From Folioceros fuciformis (Eukaryota), in contig JBNGIO010006356.1 in assembly GCA_049999805.1 (NCBI GenBank), forward strand, positions 44,011 through 64,010: 20,000 nt of DNA, in the 5' to 3' direction. Below, piece by piece: positions 10,840-20,000 of the stretch (position 1 is the first letter of the stretch; each line of letters starts with the position of its first letter). The notes under the pieces are model-generated. The model worked only from the letters and a program-made list of their open reading frames with translations. It ran no database searches and was not told the DNA's origin. The position numbers were made by a program, and so were the translations under genes.

Positions 10840-13505
10840 ATGTCATTCCTCGTGCGCGACTGCTGTGATGCGTCTTGTGCCAAGACCGTAAGGCTCACGG
10901 AACTGACTGCTCCTCGCTCTCTCGATGCCCTTGCTGTTCCACTCTCCCCCTTGGTGAGCTTCCACGGCCGTCTCCGTAGCGTGTGGAGCAGGTGCACCTC
11001 GGGGCAGAGCTCCGCAGAATGTAGAGCCTGGAGCAGGCCTCGGGGGTATGCGTCCTGGAAAACTGTATTCGCCTCTGCATCGGCCGCGCCGCAGCGAGGT
11101 CTCCAGGCAGATGGAAGCAGTCCCCTTGCCGAGAAGGCTAGGCTGGAGGAGATCCACAGCTTCATTTCATTACCGGCATTGGCATCCAAAATATCTGGCC
11201 GGCCCACTCTCCTGGACAGACAGGCGAATGCGCTGGAGGGCTCTGCTAATTTCTCATGGCGGGAGCGGGCTGAGGCTATGAATGGGCTGCTGGACTTGCT
11301 GGAGCAGGAAGGGGTTCATTCCGCATATGCCTTTGAGTTCGTCCGTTATGCCGGGGATTTGGTTGATTTGCTCATCATTGAGGCCAAGGAGTTCTTCGGC
11401 AGCTACTGTGATGCCCCTCCGTTGGCGTGCGGGAATGGCATCGACTCGCAGTCTTCGGACGGCCATGCTGGGACCCGGTTGGCAGCAGAGACTGTTGGAG
11501 AACGTGGCTCGCACGCTGAACGAGACTTTCTGCCCTTGTTGGATATGAGGAGGCTGAAAGACCTCGATGTGCATCCGGTTACACTGGATGACAACATAAC
11601 CAGACCAGCACTTCCTCTCAGCGTTAGTGTTGCAATCATTGCTGGCAATCTTGGTTTATCGAGGCTGGCTTTGTACTTTCAACAGATAGGCATGAGGGCC
11701 CCTGATCTCTCCAAGCTGCTCCCGTTTGTAAGCCGGAACATTGACGACGTCATGGCCAAAGTGGAGTTTTTGAGAGCCATCGGAGTCCAGATTGCCCAGC
11801 TTCCGCAAATTCTCACAAGGTGTCCACAGCTGCTAACTTTCCAATATGAACGGCTTGCTCCAGTGGCAGAGTATTTGAGAAGCCTGGGCTTGTCAGATAC
11901 TGAGATTGGGAAGATAGTGACAAAGACGCCACAAGTTCTAGGTTGCCAGTTGGAGGAGTTGCTCGAGACTGTGCAGTATTTCGACCACTTAGGTGTTGCC
12001 TCGGGAGACTTCAAGAAACTGGTCGTTCGATATCCTATCCTTCTGACTGATGCTAAGTTCCGGGTGGAGTCGCTGATTGCCTTTCTGGAGGGTATAGGCG
12101 TACAAAAGAAGCACTTTGGGGGACTACTGAGACGAAGGCCCGTGCTACTGGAGAGCAATATAGAAAGGGATTTGATGCCAATAGGGAATTATCTCAAGGT
12201 CATCAATGCCAAGCCAGATGACATCGACAAGATTGTTACCTCGTTCCCAGGACTTTTTTGCTATGATCTTGAGCAGGTATTCTTTCCCTCGTGCCTGTCC
12301 TCTCCACCAGTTAACTCCTTTTCTGATAAAGCTTTCTTTGGTTTGCTGCCCCGCTTGTGCTGCGATAGGACTTCAAGCCAACTGTTCAACACCTCCAGAG
12401 CTTGGGAGTAGAACTAGCCCTCATGGGCAAGCTGTTTAGAAGGCATCCTCAGTTGCTAAGGAATCGGCACAGCTTTCTTCGTCGAACAGAATACCTTCTC
12501 AGCTTGGGGCTCGATCGCAACGACCTTGGTAAGGTGGGTAACTGCCTTGCATGTCGTTTGACATTCGTCGTGTAGTACATCATCTGGTCGGATATCAGAT
12601 TTCTGTGGCTTTGCTTTGTTGAATGGCCGTTGGTTGCGTGCACCAGGTTATTTATAATGCACCTCAACTGCTTGGTCTAAGTGTGGAGGAAAACATGATG
12701 CCAACTGTGCAGTTTCTGCATGACATAGGTGTTGAAGGGCCTGGCTTACTGAAGGTATTAACATTGCTGCTAGAAAGTTCTAGAGCAAGTGATAGGATGT
12801 ACGCATGTCCGTTCTCATGCTGTGATTTGTCCACGCTGGGCAGGTTCTCAGATTGAAGCCCATGATACTGGCACATAACGTGAACTCTAAGCTTCAGCCA
12901 AATTTGAGATACCTTGCAAGTATTGGGATCAAATCTCGAGATCTTGCCAAGTAATGGACTCAACACTGCTTTCATTTTTGAAGCACAACTTTTCTCGTTT
13001 ATGTCGTCAGCTGAGGATCTGTGGTTGACAGGCTAGTCACACGTCATCCACAGCTGCTCACGTTAAGTGTGGAAAATAATCTCATTCCAACCGTGAAGTT
13101 CTTCCACAACCTTGGGTTCAGCAGGTGGGCTCATGGTGATGCTCTTCTTGCTCCTTCAACAGGTTTGGTCTCTAGTGTGGTTGACAAGCTTGAGAGGGCT
13201 GCCTGGATGGTTGCAGGTCGGAAATCGCAGAGATGGTAAGGAGATTACCCTCCCTTCTCGGATTTAGTGTGTGCACAGCTTTGGAGCCCAAGTACAAGTA
13301 CTTAGTTGATGACATGAAAAGGTCCCGGCAGGAGGTGGTTCAGTTCCCTCAGTTCTTCAGTTATAGTCTATCAAAGCGCATAGCTCCCAGGTTCGAACGT
13401 CTTGGGTTAGGGCAACTGCTCTGTTCCCGCTCGCTAAATAGCATCTACGGCTGTAACGATGCAGTGTTTGAAAGGAAGTTGCGCAGGTGGCATTCCACCT
13501 TATGA
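10840..13505 (+). CDS. Mitochondrial transcription termination factor (mTERF) family protein, probably organelle-targeted, 732 aa
   Basis: Exons 10840-12276, 12369-12533, 12647-12754, 12844-12950, 13032-13124 and 13217-13505 are frame-consistent (2199 nt). Repeated mTERF motifs (KVEFLRAIGV...ILTRCPQLL; EYLRSLGLSDTEIGKIVTKTPQVLG; PQLLGLSVEENMMPTVQFL; PQLLTLSVENNLIPTVKFF) and the terminal FPQFFSYSLSKRIAPR. The Ser/Arg/Ala-rich N-terminus resembles a transit peptide. Confidence 0.92.
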
Positions 13506-13845
13506 CTAAAACGCCTGATTTCATAATCGCTGCGTCGAGCATGGCCTTTCCGACGACTGACACTTGGTTCAGTGTCTGGGATGCCATTTCCCTGTTGTAG
13601 AGAATAGTCATTGTTAAGTGTGTGCAGATGCAAGACTGATAGCAAGAATGAAAGTATAAGGACTTTGAGTCCAACCTTGACTCACTGCCGAATTGTCAAG
13701 GGATGCTTGCATGAACTAGCAGAAATTGTTTCAGTCCACTTGGATGTAATTTTCCTATGATGGGACATGGAGCTCGAAAAAGCCTACGAGAAATAACCCA
13801 GGAAAGGTCACCAGGCATAGGGCCCTCGTGTTCGGAATCGGAAAG

Positions 13846-15360
13846 TCACTCTATGGTGACCTTGCTGCACACGCGTACTAAAGACAGCACTCTGAAAAAG
13901 AAGTCGTCGGCAGCTGCATCGCATGTCTTCATCATCTGAGTAACTTTCACTGCCAACCGTCGAAGTGAGGGGCAGCATTTGATAAACGAGTGCAAAGTTG
14001 CGAGTTTCTGATCCCCGTTTAGAGGGGACCTGATCGTCACCCAGACCTCTTCAAGGCAGGAAAATCTGGTCATGGGAGTGACCTGCGAACGTGGGTTGTA
14101 GATTTAGAGTCTGCAATAGATGAGAAAAACAGTGGCAATGGCATAATTAGAGAATTTAGAGGGTCAAAGGCGGGAGAGAGAATTTCTGACCTGCTTCAGA
14201 CTGGACTTTTGTGCCAATGCCGCAAACATCGCACCTTGTGCTTCAAACACCTTGAGCTTCGGGTGACTGGCAAAGAAATTAACGATATCAATTTCTGGAA
14301 AGGGCTCCATCTTGTCTCCATCCCCGCAAAACTCCACCCGCATTCTGAGCTCCCGGATCTCCGTGGCCGACTGTAAAACAGTGGTTATGGAGTCCCAGGA
14401 CCACTGCACACCTCGAAGTGACAGTGACTCCAAATTGGATAGTCTTCCCACCTCAAGCTTGTGAACTTTGCCTGCTCCGTCACAAATCCAAATCAAACAT
14501 TACAGACGTGTGCAGGGATACTCCAGAATATCCGCGCGATTGTAGCAAGGAAAATAAGCCTTACCGACGCTGTTCGCCAATGATAGTTGCCGCAAACACA
14601 GGGTATGCCTGAGGCGCACCCAACAAGCACCTTGGATCTCACAGACTTGTAGACGTGGACAGCTAATGGTGACAAAGCAGTCCCCACCTGCGCAAAGGTC
14701 CAATCTGCACTCGAGAAGATGCTCGAGCTCCACTGACAGCACTCGAACACCCTGGCATCCGAGCAGAGTCAACCGGGACAAGATGGGACAGGCACGGAGA
14801 ACGTTTTGCAACACACTCTCCTCGAACAGGGCCCCGACGATCTCCAATGTCTTCAGATTACCGAATGAGCGCAAGTCATGGGGTTGCTGCGTGAAGAGAA
14901 CACCCCATAGCCGAAGCGTTTTGAGGTGCAGGAAGTGTGCAATACAATCCAGCTTGCTTACACTTGCCGTGGCCGGCCTCTTGTCCCCTAGTTCATCCAG
15001 ACGCAATTCCAAGGTTTCAAGCGAATTCTTGGCGTGCGAAATCCATGCGAGCATACTGTCATTGGAGAAGGGGCAGTAGACGACGAGCTCTTGGAGGCAC
15101 GTCGTCCGTAGAACCATACGGGTCACAATGCCATCACTGCTCCTGTTCCGATCCTCATCACAATTTTCCCCGGAAGAGCGCTTCACTTCATTGCTCACGT
15201 TCCTGGCGAAATAGAGTCGATAACCTTGGCACATGGCCTCTTTCCATTTCTTACAAACACATGAGCAAGCTGCCACATCTCTTGCATTATGAATGAAACT
15301 TAGCATATGCTGCACAACGGCGTCAGGCAAAACATCCAGCACGCCGTCATCTCCTTCCAT
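13846..15360 (-). CDS. F-box/LRR (RNI-like) protein, At1g10780-like, 437 aa
   Basis: Exons (minus strand) 15360-14565, 14471-14191 and 14082-13846 (1314 nt, GT-AG). N-terminal F-box LDVLPDAVVQHMLSFIHNARDVAACSCVCKKWKE, then LQELVVYCPF, LRLWGVL, RGVQWSWD, PFPEIDIVNFF, GAMFAALAQK, RSPLNGDQKL and ADDF, all matching the recalled At1g10780 family. Confidence 0.92.
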
Positions 15361-15384
15361 GTCCACTGCTTCAAGCAAGAAAGC

Positions 15385-15663
15385 CTGCGTGCCAGGGCAA
15401 ACACTCACGAATCCACCGACCTGACACCCTGAATCATACAGCGCAAACGAGCACCTACACAATGCGCCAGCAGTAGGTCAGAAACCAGGCATCCAGCAGC
15501 AGTTTGCATTCACATCAGGAAGGATGCAAATTTCAAACCGCCGGTTAGCGAATCCCGTGCAGCTCTTACGGAGAGAAAGCAGGTTTGCTACAGTCACTGC
15601 TAGTTTCTGAATTCCGCAAGCCTAGGGGAAAACCAGGCTCGAAAGACACTGAAAAAACATTAC
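15385..15663 (-). other. Putative 5'-UTR intron of the F-box gene
   Basis: On the minus strand there is a strong donor CAG|GTAATG at 15663 and an acceptor GCACGCAG ending at 15385, 24 nt before the ATG. Additional internal splice sites are possible. Confidence 0.45.
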
Positions 15664-15802
15664 CTGCAAAGCGCACGGTCGTCCGCGCCACGCGCACAGG
15701 GCGAGCTCCATCGGCATCAGAGGAACCTGGACGCTCGGTTGTGAAGCTGAGACTCAAGAGTCTGGAGAGTGGCCAAGAGGGACGGAAAATGGAACTGTCA
15801 GA

Positions 15803-15837
15803 TTTGGCGGGAACGCGGCCAAACGTTTTTGGCGGGA
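15803..15837. promoter_or_regulatory. Paired E2F-binding sites in the F-box gene promoter region
   Basis: TTTGGCGGGAA at 15803-15813 and TTTGGCGGGA at 15828-15837, 25 bp apart. Both fit the plant E2F consensus WTTSSCSS and lie just upstream of the inferred 5'-UTR exon. Confidence 0.55.
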
Positions 15838-16099
15838 GCTTCCATATTACCCGGTCATGTACTCCGCTCAAGTACTCGATATCTACAGGTTCCGTCATAA
15901 ATGTTCTTTGGTTTAGCTCAATGTAACTCAATTCACTCTCATAGCCCTAAAATCCTGGCACTTTTTTGAGAGCAACATAGCTATAATCAGCGTTCATAGT
16001 TATATTATTTTTGTTGGATTAGGTGAAGATTTTGAGTCCTTGTTGAGTTGACGTGATTGCGGATAATATAGGTGAGTGCATCATATTTAATTGGTGTAC

Positions 16100-16280
16100 T
16101 TCGTGTGAAAATAACAAACTAAGATCGGATCTAATTCATACACTTGGTGTGAAAGCTACGGACTAAAATCCATATGTGATTAGTACATTTGGTGTGAAAA
16201 CTATCAACTAATATCCATATGTGATTGATATATTTGGTATGAAAACGATATAATTAAAACTATATTTACTAAATATTTAT
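16100..16280. repeat. Degenerate 45-bp tandem repeat (about 4 copies) inside an AT-rich island
   Basis: Units start at 16100 (ttcgtgtgaaa), 16144 (ttggtgtgaaagctacggactaaaatccatatgtgattagtacat), 16189 (ttggtgtgaaaactatcaactaatatccatatgtgattgatatat) and 16234 (ttggtatgaaaacgatataattaaaac). A further unit head (ttggtgtaaaaa) occurs at 16333. Confidence 0.75.
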
Positions 16281-16744
16281 ATAAATTAAATAAATATGTA
16301 TATGTATATAAATATTTATTTAATTTTTACAATTGGTGTAAAAATGAACAATTAATTTGCTCAAAACCAGTGGTGCACTGATCGTATATATGTACATGTT
16401 ATAAATCATCGTACACATTGATATGGATTAAATGTTTGCAACTTATATCTTCTGGTAGGTGAAGTTGGTTCGAAAACTTGACAAACCAGAGTGAAGATCA
16501 CCAAACTCTTAAGGGGCGAGACAAAAGGCGAAAATGATCTTTCAGAACTTGGTGTCTAGAATCACCAATTTCAGTTTTGCAGTCATTAGAATACACTGGA
16601 AATACAGCCTGCAACGGTTGTAGCTGAGAGTGCAGCGTGCAAGCCAAGGGCGTTCTGGAACTCTGGTCTTCATGCCATGTCCATCCACAAGGTCTTGCAG
16701 CGGTGGGGGGCCTGGGTCACGGGGATGACTTCCAGACAAGGAGG

Positions 16745-17902
16745 CTAAGCCTGTCCACACTTTCGGAGAGATCGTAACCCCTCTTCCTCATACTCGTGCC
16801 TGCTTATCCAGAACTCTGGAGTGTCCTTCATGATGTCTGCCAGGACGGCACCTCCAAGGTATACCAAGTGCTTACGACGAGGGGGATCCTCAATTCTGAG
16901 CCTCAGCTTGGAAAGACCGTCCTTGTTCCCCTTGAGGACAGTGTGAAGATAGCGTTCACGGATCTCCTTCTCCAGCCTGCTGGGCAGACCAGGGTACATG
17001 GTGCTCCCACCGCTGAGGACGATATGTTGGTACAAAGTCATGCGATTGTCAATATCCATCTCCTGGATGCACCTGAAAACAAGGTCTGCCAAACCATCTC
17101 CTTCCACATCGATGAGCTCTGGGGTGAAGAGAGCTTCAGGGGCCTGGAAGCGTTCGGCACCAACCTTGATGACCCGACCGTCAGGCAAGGTGTACTGCTT
17201 CACCAGGATGGTTGTCTCCAAAGCAAGCCTCATCTCCCGCTTGTAGTCGATGCTCATGTAGCAAAGCTGCTCCTTGATTTCCCGCACACTCTCCAAGTCA
17301 GCTGTTCTATTCAAGGAGTATCCTCTCCTGAGCAGCAGGTCCAAGAGGTACGAGGTGATCTGCCTCCCAGCCATGTTCATCCGCTTGGTGAGGTGAGGAA
17401 AGGAGAAGCCATCCACCACAGGCACGATATGCGTCACACCGTCGCCCGAGTCCACAACAAGTCCAGTCAAGAGCCCCTGCGCATACAGTGTGAGCACCGC
17501 CTGAATTTGCACAAAAACAGCTGCGAAGTTGTACTTCTCGAACATGGTTTGCACCATCCTCTCCCTGTTCTTGATAGGGTTGAGAGGCGGGTCCGTGAGC
17601 AAGATCTTGCATTCGGAAGGCTCAATTTGAAGCACCTCATGGAATGTGTGATCCCACACTTGGCTCATATCATCCCAATTCTGGATGACTCCCCTGGATA
17701 TGGGGTACGAAAGCTCCAGCTGATGCCGCAGCTCTTGGCAGCTGTTGCCTACAAACACTCCCTTGGAATCATGGTCGTCCTCCCGGGGCGTGGAGCGTCC
17801 CACCATACACGGGAAAACTGCTGTAGGGAAGTTGTCTCCAGCGAAACCGCACTTGACGAAGCCCGTCCCATTGTCGCACACAATCACGTCGTGCGCACCC
17901 AT
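16745..17902 (-). CDS. ARP2: Actin-related protein 2 (ARP2/3 complex subunit), intronless, 385 aa
   Basis: Single uninterrupted ORF with ARP2-specific motifs: [107 protein letters not shown]. Confidence 0.96.
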   Translation of the reverse strand: MGAHDVIVCDNGTGFVKCGFAGDNFPTAVFPCMVGRSTPREDDHDSKGVFVGNSCQELRHQLELSYPISRGVIQNWDDMSQVWDHTFHEVLQIEPSECKILLTDPPLNPIKNRERMVQTMFEKYNFAAVFVQIQAVLTLYAQGLLTGLVVDSGDGVTHIVPVVDGFSFPHLTKRMNMAGRQITSYLLDLLLRRGYSLNRTADLESVREIKEQLCYMSIDYKREMRLALETTILVKQYTLPDGRVIKVGAERFQAPEALFTPELIDVEGDGLADLVFRCIQEMDIDNRMTLYQHIVLSGGSTMYPGLPSRLEKEIRERYLHTVLKGNKDGLSKLRLRIEDPPRRKHLVYLGGAVLADIMKDTPEFWISRHEYEEEGLRSLRKCGQA

Positions 17903-18297
17903 TTCTCCTCGTCTCCCTCCCCGATCCGGCCCGCCGCTACAACGTTCTTCCTCGCCACCACCCGATCACACCTCGCTCCTTCATCTCTCAACCCTACCCG
18001 ATCCGCGCCCGCTATACCCTCCTCGCATCACTCAGTCAACAAAACAAAATCACCGGGCGGAGTCGCCCATGCGGATTCCAGAACCACGCCTACGCACCTC
18101 CCTCGCACAGCGCACGAAAACTTGGAAGCAACAATGCCACGAAACTGTTTCGCCAAATGCCCCCACTCCGGCCGGCATCGCATCAATTGGGAAAACACAA
18201 AATACATGTTTCACTTTTACAAGCAAAAATTGCCACTGCCGTCGCCGTTGCCTTCGCCGTGCAGTATGCGCTGTTAGCGCACGCCCTCTTTCCCTAG

Positions 18298-18845
18298 CTA
18301 GCTGATAACGAGCCTATCGGCGACATTATACACAGCGAGATGCTTCCACGCGGAACCGAAGAGCCCTTCTCCACCTACTGCAAACGCGAGGGCCCAAGCC
18401 AAGAGCACGGTCGTGAAGATGACAAACCCGATCCCGGAGTTGACGACATCTGCAGCCCGGGGTTGAAGAGGGGGGGGAAGACAAGTGCAGGTCGGATCAG
18501 ACACAGCCCGATCGAAAGCAAGAAGATGAACTTCCCTCAAGAAACCAGCACAAGGAGTAAGTAGCTAGCAAGAATGGCAGCGACAAGCGCAGCAGACAGA
18601 CACGGACATGGACGAATGTGCTCATCGGAGTAGCGGTGCCGCAGAACTGGCCAGAAGTAGAAGCAATTGGCGAACCAGAGCCAAGGAAGCAACGCAAACC
18701 CGCCGTAGAAGAAGGCCCGAGCAAGCTTCACTGCCTCGTCCTTGTCCAACCCTAGCGGCCCGTCCACAGTCGGCCAGTGCGAAGAAGGAGCAGACGCGTC
18801 CAGCTCCCCAGCGTTCCACTGACCTGCCGCATGCCCGTCGTCCAT
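18298..18845 (-). CDS. PEN2: Gamma-secretase subunit PEN-2 (presenilin enhancer 2), 129 aa
   Basis: Exons (minus strand) 18845-18608 and 18449-18298 with a GT-AG intron at 18607-18450 give ...WPTVDGPLGL...ARAFFYGGFALLPWLWFANCFYFWPVLR...IRP-Y-VVNSGIGFVIFTTVLLAWALAFAVGGEGLFG...YNVADRL, which matches recalled plant PEN-2. An in-frame upstream start at 18926 is possible. Confidence 0.93.
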
Positions 18846-19652
18846 GTTGCAGATGCAAAGCGCTCGGGATTTCCTGTCTGTGTCTGGGCTTTCATTGGCC
18901 AGTCTTCCGTTTCCCGGCTTGGTCACTTTCCATGACCCCTATACATACTTACATGCATGCATAAAATTAACCCTTCCCTTCTTGGGTTCGAGGAAGATGG
19001 ACGACATGTCTCTCTCCTTTGTTTTCATTTTAAATGAAAAATAAAATAAAATCCAACCCTGAATCCCCCGTTTCAATTATCTCTGTGTTACTTAAGATGG
19101 ATTATACCTAAGAGCGGATCCTTGTCTGGACTAGATAGGCACTACCTGCCTGCAGGTTCCCTCTGTCTCGGGTAAAAAGGTTCTTTTTTGCTTTTTCAAT
19201 CGTGAAGTCTCCGCTTCCCATATGTATGTGGGGGCAAGAGAAACGCTTGATAGGACCCCCCCGCCCCCACGTTTTTGGCTGCGATCCTGTGCGGGTTGGT
19301 GATTGGGAGGCCTTACTGGAGAGAGGCCAGTCTAAGGCGACGGCCACCTGTGCCACTTCCTCTGCCCATAGGCTGCTGGCGCCATAGGCCTGTCACCTCC
19401 GGGCCCGCATGGCGCACCAGTCCTGGGCTGGGCAGGGCAGGGCAGGCCTGGAGCACCGAGGAGTGGCCGGTAGAGCGGGCTGAGTGACAGTGGACGCTTT
19501 CTTTAGTGGCGTGGGACTGTAGGCCTGCTGCGGCTCGGGGCCTGAGAGAGCCGGCATCCAGCAAATGCAGAGACAGAAACGGAGGAGTCACGAGCACGAG
19601 ACGAGGCTGGGAACCGGGACGAAGAAGCGCAGGGCCGTCCCCCCCGCTGCAC

Positions 19653-19692
19653 GCTGCTGCCGCTGCCGCTGCCGCCACCGCCACCGCTACCG
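19653..19692. repeat. Imperfect GC-rich trinucleotide microsatellite (GCT/GCC/ACC)n
   Basis: Read directly: gctgctgccgctgccgctgccgccaccgccaccgctaccg. Confidence 0.7.
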
Positions 19693-19909
19693 TGTGTTGA
19701 ACAGGATTTCTCCTCCCGGGGGAGTGGAGTGGCGATTGCGGCCGTGCCCGCGCCAGGTGAGCATCCGGCCACGCCAATTTTATGCCCGCCACGGTCTGAA
19801 TGCGCGTCCTTGCGACGGGGACGGTGAGGCGGGGCCATCGCCGGCCGTGTGTTTGCTGTACGTGTGCCGGATCGCGGTGATGAGGCTCGCGGAATCGTGG
19901 GGGGCAGAC

Positions 19910-19939
19910 GCAGGTGCAGGTGCAGGTGCAGGTGCAGGT
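19910..19939. repeat. Perfect hexamer microsatellite (GCAGGT)5
   Basis: Five exact copies read directly from the sequence. Confidence 0.9.
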
Positions 19940-20000
19940 GCGGGGGACGATCGGCCGGCTTCTGGCGGTTCTCTGGAGTAGATCCAGGTAGATCTAGGCT

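Noticed and set aside
15361..15462. ORF-track N-terminal extension of the F-box protein
   Set aside because: Non-ATG start lying within the inferred 5'-UTR intron; family similarity begins just after the ATG at 15360.
16100..16345. Regularly spaced repeat heads resembling a CRISPR array
   Set aside because: The inter-head sequences are similar to each other (a tandem repeat, not unique spacers), the context is eukaryotic, and no cas genes are present.
16796..18277. 493-aa + strand ORF antisense to ARP2
   Set aside because: It is in exact codon register with ARP2 on the opposite strand, the typical shadow ORF of a gene with G/C-ending codons. It has a non-ATG start and no domain-like content.

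Overview
Gene-dense eukaryotic nuclear DNA from a land plant. The short GT-AG introns (81-167 nt), compact intergenic spaces and moderate GC suggest a compact bryophyte or lycophyte genome such as a hornwort; that assignment is inference only. I spliced seven protein-coding genes by hand with consistent reading frames: the 3' end of DPH2 (+), an ankyrin-repeat/PH-domain protein (+), a receptor-like cytoplasmic pseudokinase (-), a long mTERF (+), an At1g10780-like F-box/LRR protein (-), an intronless, divergent ARP2 (-) and the gamma-secretase subunit PEN-2 (-). The most notable observations are: (1) the intronless ARP2 with a shortened, rewritten D-loop region, a likely retrogene only 395 nt downstream of co-oriented PEN-2; (2) a kinase lacking the catalytic Asp and with altered Gly-loop, alphaC and DFG motifs, plus an in-frame, stop-free intron; (3) an AT-rich island carrying a degenerate 45-bp tandem repeat; (4) paired E2F sites upstream of the F-box gene; (5) a uORF-dense leader on the ankyrin gene. 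I found no RNA genes, CRISPR arrays or autonomous mobile elements, and no clearly new multi-gene system. Family assignments come from recalled homolog sequences, not from database searches.
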